Under the pieces are notes generated by a model that was not told where the DNA came from, ran no database searches, and saw nothing but the letters and a program-made list of their open reading frames with translations. Below are positions 22,261 to 34,961 of a stretch of DNA of 38,009 nucleotides, piece after piece. The stretch covers positions 1-38,009 of the forward strand of contig JALJEE010002385.1 in NCBI GenBank assembly GCA_023231475.1, given 5' to 3'. The position numbers and the translations under genes were made by a program. Every line of letters begins with the position of its first letter. The first letter of the stretch is position 1. The stretch comes from Seison nebaliae (lineage: Eukaryota).

Positions 22261-23419
22261 TCAACTTCCTCTTCGTAATGATCGTTCAACTAAGAGAGCT
22301 GTTCGAGTTCCTGGAAGGATTTTCAATGTTTCCAAATTTCTTATTTGATCTTCAGTTAAATCGTTTTGAAGATTTTGATTGTTTATATGGAAATCCGTCA
22401 ATCTGGTAATTTGATGGTTATTGGGATTCAAAGCGACCATACATCTCGCTTCATAATCCGTTTGTACATCTCTCACATTGACATTTGCATATGGATCATT
22501 GAGACATTTATCTACTTTTTCTGATATTCCATGACATGGACATTTGTCTCCTAAATTTACATTTCCGTTCATATGGTTACAAAGAATGTTATCCGAATGA
22601 TTGAGATGATTGGGAAAATATCCCTCGGGTAACTGTTGATGAAGATCGGTGGTGAATTTTTGAGATGCGATAAGTTGTTGTAACACATGTTCATTCTGAT
22701 GATCATGAACGAGAGTCTGTTTTGAAATATCTTGAGATTTATTTCCATATTTCTGATCTTTCGCAACTTTCTCCATTCCTTCCAAATACTTGTTAGCTAG
22801 CGCATCATATTTCAATGGATTACTTAAATCGACACCTTAACACCAATTAAAAATTTTTTTTAAATTATCAAATTTAAAAATTTTAATCTTCAAATGAAAT
22901 AAAAACCGACAATTTCATCAGTTTGATGTTTCTTCATTTGTCGACGGAAATAAAAGTAGAGAAGTAAAGCGACAAATGCTAAAAATAAGAGTCCAGAGAC
23001 GACGCCGATGGCAATGTAGATGGCTATTTTCCTCTTTCTCTTAGCCTCCTCCTTTCTCCAATCTTCACCTCTCGATCCACCGCCAGTATTTAGAGTTTCT
23101 TCCAATGGAACGAAACCATAACCTGAATTGACATCACTCTCATCTGGAGGATTGACGATATCGTATGGTAGAATTTCGTCATTCTCTCCAATTAAACAAC
23201 ATTCACCCAATATCGGCGTTGAGAGACAACATTTCGGTTTTAACAAATTTAAGCGCTGATGATAACAATGTGCATCGACTTTGCACGGAATTCGTACACC
23301 TATTAGAAATGAAAATTTCAATTTGAAATAATTTGAAAAAAAAATAAACGTTCTGAAGAAACGATTAAGATATTGATAGTGATAATGAGGAATTGAAAGG
23401 AAAGTAGATTGATCGACAT
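22261..23419 (-). CDS. Small type I membrane protein with a 6-Cys extracellular mini-domain
   Basis: Signal peptide MSINLLSFQFLIITINILIVSS (ATG 23419); introns 23349-23300 and 22906-22836; ectodomain C-x5-C-x10-CC-x8-CC; TM IAIYIAIGVVSGLLFLAFVALLLYFYF followed by RRQMKK; tail joins ORF 22261..22815. Confidence 0.75.
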
Positions 23420-24135
23420 TCCCAGAAAAGTGGAAGAAAAGAATTGGAAACAATCCCGATGAATGAAAATAGTTTCATGAAATTATATTCTTCCTTCATG
23501 ACTCATACATCATATCGTCATCTCTATGTGTATGTGTATATGTAATTCATGCAATGGGATAATTACATACTTGACAAGAATACATTTCCTTAAATAAATT
23601 TATGTGAATTAGAAATTTATTGTGTATTTCCCATTCAAGGTCCAATTACGTTCTCTCAAGGTGATCGAATAAAAAATAAATTATTTCACTGCAAACTGCA
23701 AAAACTCATATGATTCATTGTCAGTCGGGAAACGCAAGAATCATATGGGACGAATGTGGATAAACGGAAAATTGTTGATGTAACGAAATCGTACCGGTTA
23801 TTAAACCTCTTCATATACACCTCTCTATAAACAGAAATTGTATAACTCTTCACAATAAACTGGAAATTATAAAAAGTTACGTAAGACAAATGTAGAAATT
23901 GAAAGCTAAACATTTGAAATTGAGGAAAGGAAAGAAAATAAAGAAATAATTAATTTGTAAAATTTCCTCAAAAACTCATCCATGAATGGTCTTGTTTGAA
24001 ATTTCTACACGTTCCTCCATTTCTTAATTACATTTTCTCTTGTGAAAAATTGTTGTGAAAGAAATTTATTCGAAATCTCAAATTTTACCTCCCAAAAAAC
24101 ATTTTATTTCATTGAAAGTTTTTCCTATTATTGGA

Positions 24136-27100
24136 ATGATGTCGAGAGAGGACGATGACGATTTGTCGGTCAGTCGCATAACCAGCGAATTCGAACGGAA
24201 ACGTGATACTCTCTGCTCTGCATTGGAATTGTTCGAGAAGAACGAAGTGTTGAAAGCGAAAAAATTATTAGACGACCAAAAATATCGTTCACATGAATTC
24301 CCCGGTGCGTGGTATTTGTACGGGCGAATCTTCCACAAACTCAATCAGATGGAACAATCGACGAAAGCATTCCATTTCGCATTGGGATATGATCGATTTC
24401 TCGCTGGTAAACTCATCAAATTATCGAGCGATGAAACGGCGAAAAAAATGTACGAAGAATTATATGGAAGTGAAGATGTGAAGACAAATAAGAGGATGAA
24501 TGTCGATCTGACAACGGAGAAAGAGAAAGGGACGTTAGAAAAATTTAAAAAAATGTCTTCAGGAAAAGATCTCGTAGAAATATTGAACCAATTATGTCGC
24601 ACCTTCAATGGAACATATGACGTTCTATTAGAAGTAGATGCCAATTTCAATCTCACTCTACTCGATCAATTGAATGAAGAAGATTTGTTGAGTTTGTGGT
24701 TGTTCAAATTCAATTTGGAATGTCAAGCAGCATTTTCATATCTCACCTCCAAAAAGAATGACGAGATATTCGAAGACATTCTTAAACGATTATTAGAAAC
24801 GATGAAGAAATTTGAAAATAAATCATTCAAAAAATTATTTAATAAATATTCAAATAATTTACAAATGGAAATGGAGAAAATTTTATTTTTTCTCATTATC
24901 ATTTATGCGGAAAAAAGTTATGGTCAACATCTGACACTTCTCATCACACTATTATTTTGTACGAAGAAGTTCGAGTTTATTGGAGAGAATTCTTCATCTC
25001 CACATTTCCAAGAATCGTTTATGATATTTGGAAATTTATCAAAGACAACGGAAATGTTTCTTCGATTATATGTGGAACGAAGTGGGAAAGAAAAAATTTT
25101 TTCAAAATGGCAAAATCAATTTGAGAATTTGAAGATAAAAAATGATTGGCATTTTTCTTTCACCGAACAACATTGGAAATCGTTTAAAAAACCGTTGGAA
25201 TTACCGTCGTTATTGAAATATTTGAAAATAAATGAAATCGATGATGATGAATTGAAAGATGAATTAAATAATTTATTTGTTAATTTGAATGTGAAAGATT
25301 TATTTGAATTTTATCGATCAAATCTTGAAATGATTCTCGTCTGTTCATCGACATGTTTCCAATTCGATCAGAATATCATTCCTCCAAATGGTTTAATGAG
25401 ATTATATGAATCGGTTGGAAATCGATCATTATCCTTCGAATTCATTTTATATCATTCCATCGATATTTTCATGAAAATGAAATGTGAAGAATTCAAATCT
25501 TTTCGAGATTTACTCAATTCTTTCACCGTCGTCGAATTGGAAGTGAAACAAAACTGGAATAATTTACTGGCGGGACGATTGATAGAGAATGAAGATATTT
25601 CGAAAAATAATTCGATTTGGTTAAATGTGATAATGGGAAATTCATTCCGAATTCTTCTTGATCAATTATCTGATTTGAAATTGATTCGTGGAATGAGATT
25701 TTCAGGAGAAATATCACAAAAGAAATTGAGAGATCATTTAACTAATGTTCATTCATTCTCCGATATGATTGATATGGAACGAAGATATTGGAAGAAATGT
25801 CTCCAATTAATCTCATCATCATCAATTGCAATTCCACAGGATTTTATTGAGACGAAAACTTTTTGGAAAGACACGGCAATTTGTAATTTGAATGTTTTGG
25901 AGAATTTCGAATATTTCTTCTATTTAAATTTGAATGAGAAAGATTTGTCAATTGATACAATCTCAAAATCAGCGTTGGTAATGTCAAAATTGGAAGGTGG
26001 AAAAGCGACGATTGATGCGATGATGATTCGTCTCCATTTCGATGAAGGAAATTTCCGGGAATTATTAAGAAATTTATTGAAGATGTTATGGTCGATTGAG
26101 AGTAAATATGAAAATGCTCGATATTTCCCTCGATCATATTATATTGAATTATTCGATTTCATTTATTCTCTACATCAATTCGATAACAATAAACGAAATC
26201 ATAAACGAAACCAGAAAACGGAATTATTGGATGAAAAAAAGGAAGATGGAATAACGAATGGAATGTATGATGAATTGAAGAAAGAATTCAATTCAGTTTA
26301 CAAAAATCTCGAAAATAAGTTGAGTCTAATGGAGAAGAGATTTGATCAGATGCAAATCGATGTAAGGAAAACCGTTCAAACGGTTTCGAAAGAAACGGAT
26401 AATGAACGATTATTTGTAAAAGAATTCGATAAAATTGGACAATGTTTAACTGGAACTAATTCTCTATTGAATCAATTAATGATACAAAATCAACGAATGA
26501 GAGATGATCAATTATCAGCGAATCACCTTTTCAAAAATCCAGATATTCCTCAAACACAACCATCGACATTATTAATGTCACAACCACCACCACCATCAAC
26601 AACTACGATAAATCCACCGACATTTAATCAATCACAACAAAATGTTCAACAACCAATTGGAGTACCAGGAGGTCCTGGTGTACCACATACGACACATCAA
26701 CTTCCTCCAAATTTCATCAATCAATCAAATATGTTTTCGTCACCGTTACGTGCATTAGCTTCAGGAATGCATCCAGAAGTTTTTATTTCAAATTTATTGA
26801 AAACTGCTCGTGATTCAATACAGAAATTTGGAGTAGATCCAAAATCAGCAGCTGGTGACAAATTAGTCTTACAAGCGGTCAATAGTTATTTGGCATCAAT
26901 GAATAATCAACAATTACCGAATAATATGCAGATTCATGATCCGTTAACAATGACGAATAAAAATCAAACGCCAAAATATCCATCAAATTCGAGTGGAAAT
27001 CGTGGACGCGATTCTGTCCAAGGATCATTATCAGGACAACCAAATATAAATCGACGACCATCTGATGAATATGGTGGAATGTCGGTGGGGAATAATAATA

Positions 27101-30100
27101 ATAGTCGATCGAAACAAGAACCATCAGAAGATGATAATAATCGAACAAGTTCCTCATCTAAATGGCCGTTCAGAATGAATGAAGTTCCTGAAGCGATTAC
27201 AGAACATCAGACATTAAATGATCCGAAATTATTTAGTATCGAAACAAAATTTAATATTATGGAAAAAAGTAATACATTGACGAAGAAACCGGAAATGGTA
27301 CCGGTTCAATCGAAAACATTTCCAGGAGAAGATTTTGAAAAAATTCCGGAAACTCAACAACTTCACGATGAGGCAGACGAAGATGATTTGAGTGACGATT
27401 GTGTAATTAGTGATGATGAATATGGTGATACAGATGACGAGAATGATTCTGATGCTGTTTTATTTCAATCTCCTTGTACGGCTTGGTGTGTTCAAATGAA
27501 ACAAAACAGAAGATTAACAGAGGAAAATTTCAAAAATATTTTGGGAGTTCATGTCATTGGAGGCTTGATGTTCTTACTCGATACGGCGAATGATAAATAT
27601 CGATTAGTATTGGCACATTCGTCAACGAACGATGAATTTGAATATCCGATTAATTTGGAAACGAAAGTGAAAGAATTATCAGAACAAGATCTCCTTGTCG
27701 ATACGCCAATTTCGAGTATAACGTTACGAATAAAATTCGATACAATCGAAGATCTTCAATTGTTGTTGCAGGAATTTTATGATTCTAAGAAAGTGGGAAA
27801 AAATGATTCGTTGAAATTTCTCATGAAAAATGATGAATGGTCATGTGGAACATGTCTGACTTCCGTACCAAACAATAGTGAATTATGTTTGGCATGTGGA
27901 CAAATGAAACCAGGTGTGGAATTGAAGAAGGAAGAAGAAAAAGAAACAAAACCACCACCACCATCATTTAGTTTCGGGAAGAAATTGGACGAAAGTCAAG
28001 AAAAACCAAAAATTGACTTCACTTCAATATTCGGTCAGAAAACACCGATCGATTTGACGAAGAAAGAAGAGAAGAAGGAAATCAATATTATCAAACCAAA
28101 TCCATCATCTCAACCACCGTCTGAAACGTTTTCGGATTTATTGAAGAAAAAAAATATGTTTGATAAATTCTCATTCAATTTGAAATCGGATGAGAAGAAA
28201 AATGAAGAAAAGATCGAAAATGTTGTGAAAGTTGAAGAGATGGACGAAAGGACAAATATGGTCGTTCCCGTCGTTGAAAAATTACATTCGGCTTTTGAAA
28301 ATACAACAAAATTGAAATCGGGTGAAGAGAATGAAATTCCTGTATATCGACAACGATGTAAATTATATCGATATCGAGATGGTCAATGGAAAGAACGTGG
28401 AGTGGGTTGGATAAAAATATCGTGTAATTCGGCGTTTATGAAAGAAGCGGATAAGGAGAAACCGGATGTATCGACAGTTCGTCCACGAGTCGTTATGAGA
28501 CGAAATGAAACATTGAAAGTTTGTTTGAATCATAAAATTGGGAAGGATAATATATTGGAGAAAGATAATCGATCAAAGAATACATGGAAATGGAATGCAT
28601 TAGATTATTCGGATGTGGATTTATTAGAGGAAGGAGAAGAAATTGGAATTAGTTCATTAGCCGCTAAATTTAAGACAGAAGAATCGGCGTGTAAATTCAA
28701 TGAGATTTTACAAATTATGAAAGAGAAAGATCCACACAAAATTTTCGAAATATTAGAAGAGCCATATGACAATTATGAGGAGACAATGGAAGAAATGTAT
28801 CAAGAGAAAAAGATGGAAGAGAAACCGAATGAAACGAAAGAAACGAAAGAAGATGTGAAGAATTCGGAGAAATTTGAATTATTTAAAATAAAACAAGAAA
28901 ATCAAATAGATGGTGGAAATATTTCATTAAAAGAAGAGAAGAATAATGAAATGGAAATTGAAGAATTGAAAAATAATAATAATAATAAAAATGATAAAAA
29001 TAATCATGTGGATACGAATTATAGAAATGTTTTGTCAGATATTTCAAATATCTCACAATCTGATTTATTATTTAAACATATCATAGGTGATGGTAAAGAT
29101 GAAGATGAAAAAGAGGAAATTGAGAAATCAGAACCAAAAATTATCGATGCATCCGATCTTTTAGCAAATTCATTTTTCTCTCAAAAAACCGAAAATATTT
29201 TCGATGAAAAAGAAGATAATTCATGCGATGAAAAAGAAGATAATTTGTTTGAAGGGAAAGAAGGAAATTTGTTCGATGGAAAAGGAACTAGTTTGTTTGG
29301 TGGAAAAGTTGCTAATTTATTTGGTGGAAAAGATGGTAATTTATTTGATGCAAAAGAAACTAATTTGTTTCATGGAAAAGATAGTAATTTGTTTCATGGA
29401 AAAGATAGTAATTTGTTTGATGGGAAAGAAAGTTCATCTGAAAAGAACGATGACACTTTAGAAAAGAAGAACTTCTTCAATTGTACCAATACGGAAGATA
29501 CTCAAAATTTTTTAAATATTGTTTCTAATAATGTACCATCATGGTTGAATAAAGAGACGACGAAACCGATCGTCTTTCCATCAACTGGAATTCTCACCAA
29601 CACGAAAACAGATGATCGGAAAGTATCCGATGATTCTTTTGCCGATCAAATAGATTTTGCTCCGGCACTCGACAAATTGCCTAATCTCATCCATTTGAGA
29701 ACTGGTGACGAATTTGAAAATACCGAATTTGTTCATCGAGCTAAAATTTATCGATTTGATCAAGATCAATGGAAGGAGAAAGGTGTGGGAAATTTGAAAG
29801 TGTTGAGATCGCCAGAAACTGGTAAATGTCGCCTGCTGTTGATACGAGAACAAGTGTTTAAAACGGCATTGAACGATTGGATTAGACAGGACATGAAATA
29901 TGCGAGAATGAAAAAAAGTTTCACTTGGACCGGATTTGATGACGGTGAACAAATGACGTTTTGTTTGAAAATTTTGAATTCAAATGCCAGTGAAGCATTT
30001 ATTGAAACGGTTGAGAAATTACAAGAAATGATGAGAGATAAAGATGTAAAGTTGAAAGAAGTTGAACCTTTAAAATTGTCTAATTTCGTCGAACAGAAAA

Positions 30101-30485
30101 TCAGTTATAAACTAGAAACAAGTCAGGGAGATGAAGTTTAATTTGATTTCTTCTTAATTATTTTTAATTCTCCCATTTTAAGCATATCGGTTATACAGAA
30201 TTATGTGTTTTCAATTTAGATACTCAAAATCCATGTGTGAAAATTATTGATGCGAATAAGGAAATCATTTCCAATAACAAATTGACAGATGTCACAATTA
30301 AATTGTTAGTATTATGATAGTTATATGATCATTTCACTAATCATATTATCAGGCTACCGAAAACTGGAAAAGATTTACAGAGATTAATGCTTACGACGAA
30401 TGATGGAAATAAATTCATTTTTTATCATGATGTTCCTAACATATTTGGAAAGATTCTCAATTTGTGGGGAAAAATCGAGAAATAA
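24136..30485 (+). CDS. RANBP2: Nup358/RanBP2-like nucleoporin
   Basis: N-terminal TPR-like helices (AWYLYGRIF), coiled coil, RanBP2 zinc finger WSCGTCLTSVPNNSELCLACG, two clear Ran-binding domains (GEENE...RCKLYRY..GQWKERGVG...KVCLNH; TGDE...RAKIYRF..QWKEKGVG) and FG/LFxG repeats. Exons 24136-30135, 30183-30304, 30353-30485. Confidence 0.88.
29194..29430 (+). repeat. 24-bp (8-aa) coding tandem repeat NLF(D/G/H)GK(D/E)x within Nup358
   Basis: About 10 units such as aatttgtttcatggaaaagatagt. Confidence 0.85.
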
Positions 30486-31164
30486 TTTGGAAGAATAATT
30501 TAATAATTTTCTTTAATTTTTTCATTTCAATTATACATCGAGAAATCATTTGGCTCTTTGCCACATTTCTCTCGTATTTTCCTTTCTTACGATTATTAAA
30601 TAAACTTAAGTTTCTCCACTTGACACATTGTTATTTGTTATTTATTAGTTAGAATTCCCCTTAGGATAAATGTGAAAAAATATAAATGACATATAACAGG
30701 GATATATGAAGCGAGCAGCTCCATACATTTTACTCATACCCTTCCTCATTTTTACTCACTCTGTACATGTTAGGGAAAAAAGTTGTATCTCGATTAGTAG
30801 GTAAATTTATCACTTTTGTGGTCGTTTATGGTTTGATAAATTATTAGTTTAACGTTAGAAAAGATGAATTTAGAAGATTTTGTTGTCCTTGACTACTCTA
30901 CTATGTGACTATTGAACTATTGAATGAAGATAAATAAGAGAGATGAAGTCTATTTTCCATATGTGTAAATGTATAAAATATAATGTGTATAAACATAATT
31001 TGTTCTGATTGATTCGTTATGTATTAGGTATTCAGTTATGATTTTAATTTTCAGGAAAATTTTTTTTGAAATAATTTTTATTTCTTTTATTCTTGTTAAT
31101 CTACAAACGGATGATATTTATTAATTGACATTTTACTATTTTAATAGAGTAAAAGGATTCCCGG

Positions 31165-31218
31165 AATGTAGCCAAATTTGGCTAAGTTCCTAATGAAGAT
31201 ATGAGATTTGGCTACATT
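31165..31218. repeat. Perfect 16-bp palindrome plus 13-bp inverted repeat
   Basis: TAGCCAAATTTGGCTA at 31169-31184; arms AATGTAGCCAAAT (31165-31177) and ATTTGGCTACATT (31206-31218). Confidence 0.85.
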
Positions 31219-31239
31219 TCAAGTCAAGAAATTTCAGTT

Positions 31240-31795
31240 CAAGAATTTCATTCCATCATCGCTGCAAGTTTTTTTCTCTCAAATTGAAGTTGAAATTATT
31301 TGTCTGTTACTGCTGTGACTTTTATGGGTTACCGGTATCCATCTCGAATACTGAGAAGTCATTACGATGCCTTGATCGAACATATAATAGAACAATTCGA
31401 ATGATGCTCGGTTGTCATAAGCCTTTCAATCGAGCATTTATGTTCACAATCTGCGAATTGACGCCTTTGCCGTTACTCCTGGCGCAGAGGTATCTGAAAG
31501 TAGTTGATTCTGTTCGCAGTTCAACTCTTTCAGTTCCAACGTATACACAATGTGAGGGCTTTTCGTCGCCTCTCCAATTTTTCTGCCGTTATTACTCGAT
31601 AAACTATTCTCTTTCACTTAATCATTCTTTATCGTTGACCTCCAATTTTGATATTTCTTACCATGTCCCTGAAGGTCTCAAACAATTTGTTGAGACGGGC
31701 AGGAATTTAATTTTAAATAACTCCTTTAAGAAGTTATCTTTTATTTTTTTAAATTTACCCCGCGGGGAGTTGCTATAAATAAAAATAAAAAAAAT
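31240..31795 (+). mobile_element. 3' terminal fragment of a non-LTR retrotransposon (LINE ORF2 C-terminus with A-rich tail)
   Basis: KLKLFVCYCCDFYG...LDRTYNRTIRMMLG resembles the LINE post-RT C-terminal region; the ORF stop at 31778 overlaps AATAAA and an A-rich tail. Confidence 0.65.
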
Positions 31796-32288
31796 ATTGC
31801 TGAAAAAGGAACGATGTTAACGTCATTTGGGTGAGCGAACAAATCAGAGACATAATGACGAATTACATCCTCAATCTCAATTCCCTACTTGATGAATATA
31901 AATTGTATTCGGATCGTAAATGGAAAGGTATACAGTCAATCGTCAATCGAGTATCAACTCACACGATAAAGTAAATTTATTAATTATTTCTCTGAAAATA
32001 AATTCGAAATAACATCAATAATAGAGAAAAACACATGTATCAAGGAAGTATTGACATCTCAAATGAACTGTATATCGGACGTCGATTAATAATAACAGAA
32101 AATTTCATCGACTTGGAAGTAAATAAGTCGTCAACCAAATGAAATAATTGGGACGTCAAACAATTATCTTCTATATAAAAATTTTTTCATAACTGCCTAA
32201 AATGTCACTGTATACATGTCATTTAATTCATTTTTTATGGTTTCGGGGAAATTTTGTAAGATTTTTATAAAATTTTTATAGAAAGCGT

Positions 32289-34620
32289 TCACGAACGAAA
32301 TGAGAACATTCGTTCGAACCGCATTGATAAGAACGGACGACAGACAATTCGGAGACACACTATTGCACCACTAACCGGTGGAATCCTTCGATAGCAGTTC
32401 GATAAAATGTAAACAGCATTCGTCCACACCTGCAATACGTAATTTCTCAATACCGATATCAACATTGACGGAATCGAATGCTTTAGATGCATCTAGGAAA
32501 CATACGAAGACACCACTTCTTAACCTTCGAGAACGAGCGATTATATAACGAATGAGGAGAATAAGAGGTAGTGTTCCTCTTACTGAATTGCGATAAGCAA
32601 ATAGAGTATGTCGGAATAGCGGTTACTTACTACCTTCTCAATTATTTTAACTAGACAGCTAGACACACAGATAGGACGGTATGATTCTGGAAAATTTGGA
32701 TTTGAGGAAGGACTTTTTATAATCGGAACGACTAAGAATGTACGAAAATTGCTGTAGTTCACTTCTCCCATAAAAGCACTGTTTATGAAGGAGAGGATCA
32801 GGTTCAACTCCGAGTCCGTTAACCCAATGATAATACTAGTGCACCGATTGTAGAAGCCGTGAGACTTACATAGAATCATATCGTTCACAACTTTTCGAAA
32901 TTCGGACAACGAGATTTTATTGAAATTAATGAACGGCTGAGAATTCGACTGATCATTGTTGTTACACGAGGTACGATTATCAAACATAATCGAGGAAAAA
33001 TACTGATCGAACAGATCAACTTCAACAGTGAATGAGTGAAGATTATTTGATCGAAGATTTGACCAGAAACGTTTACAGTCGTAATTCATAATTAAGGAGT
33101 TAAAGATCTTCGAGAGATTTTCTCTAATCAGTGATCGAACTGCTCGTCTAAATACTTTTCCCTCTTTCGCAAGTTCATTAAAACTTTCAGATGTATTCGA
33201 TTGTCGGTGATTCCTATTCGATATTGTCACTTTTTTCTTGAGATGCCGAATAGCATCGAAATTATGAATGTGCCTTCTTCTTCGATTTTCAGATGGTGAG
33301 GTAAAGTAACCTGCAAGGGATAACTTTTGATTCAACGATGTAAAATTCTCATACTTCCCGGATATGATTCAAACGATGGCATTTTCAACTTTCTCAACAT
33401 TTCTTCATACTTGGATATGTGAGTTTTCCGAGATACATTTTGACTCAGTCGAAACGGAAACGATTTCTTTCTGAATCGACAAGCATAATGGAAAATGATC
33501 AGAACGGAAAACCGACATAATTTATGTGGCAAGTGATAGCGAAGTGGAATATGTGGTCTGCGATCAGGAAATGATCGATCCAAGACGATCCGTTCCATGA
33601 CTTAAAAGTAATCGAATCAACATTACATAGAGATATATCAATTGCCGTAAAGTTATGGAGACAGGACGAAGTCATATACTTGCGGAGATCAGTAGGCGAC
33701 AAATTAAAGTCACCACCAAAGAACCAAGATTTCTCTCCATTCCCACCATATTCATTATCTAGCGTACTTATTTCTCGAATCAGATATGGTCTATTTATAC
33801 TATCACCATAAACGTTAAACACGACCAATGATCCTATCTGAATGGAGGAAATACGGTTGGATATGATACGAAAATTAAACGGATGTAGATTCCTCTTGAC
33901 TAATGTGATCAGTCCAAAAGAGCATCTACCTGTACCACTGTCAGCTCTAGGAGGTATCCCAGTTGTTAAAAATATTGAGTGTGAGTCGATGTTCTGAAAA
34001 TAATAAGGAAGGGATAATAGCCACACCTTTTGTAATAAGATAATATCAAAAAATAATAATTCGGCGAGGAACGGGATTAGCCATCAGGTCCGTGAGTATT
34101 GAAAGTGATAATGTTAATGTTAGGGAATTCCATATTGAGAAGACATTCCGACGAGTTAGATTGCCTTGATGGCGGAACAGAATTGATTATCTTTTTCACC
34201 AAGTGGCCACATTTTTCATCCGGTCACATAAGATTTGGTAATTCGCGACACCTGTCGGAATACTATTTTCCTATCAGATAAATATTTTCCAATTGAGTCT
34301 AACGGGACTTTTCTGTCGATGTTGGAGATAATTACTCGTCTTGTGACTTCATGGCTTGAATTAGGGATTGTGATAATCGATGGATCACTATTTCCCGAGC
34401 ATTTAATACTTGGATGCATGCTTTTCTTCTTCGGCCTCTCTCTCTCTGTAACTTGGTAACGACATCTACTTCGACGTTAACGGAACGAGTCGTTTTACTG
34501 ATATTCTTCCTTCCTGATTTTACCGCGTTAAGGTACGAAGGTTTCACACCACCAATGGGATTCTTTCCTTTCAGAAGACCGTTGTTCTCATTTGGAAATA
34601 AAAGACCTAGTAAAACATGA
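32289..34620 (-). mobile_element. Degenerate LINE (ORF1, APE endonuclease and N-terminal half of RT), 3'-broken
   Basis: ORF1-like RRVIISNI; APE motifs ITFNTHG, DIILLQ, VFNVYG, FFGGDFN, TF...SWIDHFL, SDH; RT motifs VPIIK...ESYRPI, KIIEKVV, FLDASKAFDSV. Multiple frameshifts and stops; ends before the YADD motif. Confidence 0.88.
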
Positions 34621-34716
34621 TATCAGGTTAAGGGATGAATATCCCGTCATTCAAAAGATCAAAATATATGCCAAATGTAATAAAGGAGTCGATCCATGTT
34701 GGAGAAATTATTATCT

Positions 34717-34958
34717 TACGTTTTTGATAATTCTCTTTCAGATAGAATTGAACATTTAAACAATAAATATGGTCTACCTACTTTTTAAGTCACTACCAAT
34801 ATTGGAACCTTCGAATTATATGGTTAATCAATTAAAATTGTCGATTGCATATGGAAAAAGTGGTTTTCGTACGTTTTTGATAGTTCTCTTTCGGATAGAA
34901 TTGAAAATTTAAACAGTAAATATGGTTTACCTGCTTTTTCAAGCACTACCAATATTGG
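34717..34958 (+). repeat. Imperfect ~89-bp direct repeat (34717-34805 and 34870-34958)
   Basis: tacgtttttgata.ttctctttc.gatagaattgaa.atttaaaca.taaatatggt.tacct.cttttt...cactaccaatattgg occurs twice, 153 bp apart. Confidence 0.85.
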
Positions 34959-34961
34959 TTC

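Noticed and set aside
23686..23913. Short ORF between the divergent 6-Cys gene and Nup358
   Set aside because: No motif; likely chance ORF in a bidirectional promoter region.
24078..29952. Antisense and alternate-frame ORFs within Nup358
   Set aside because: Shadow ORFs of a long coding exon with no independent features.
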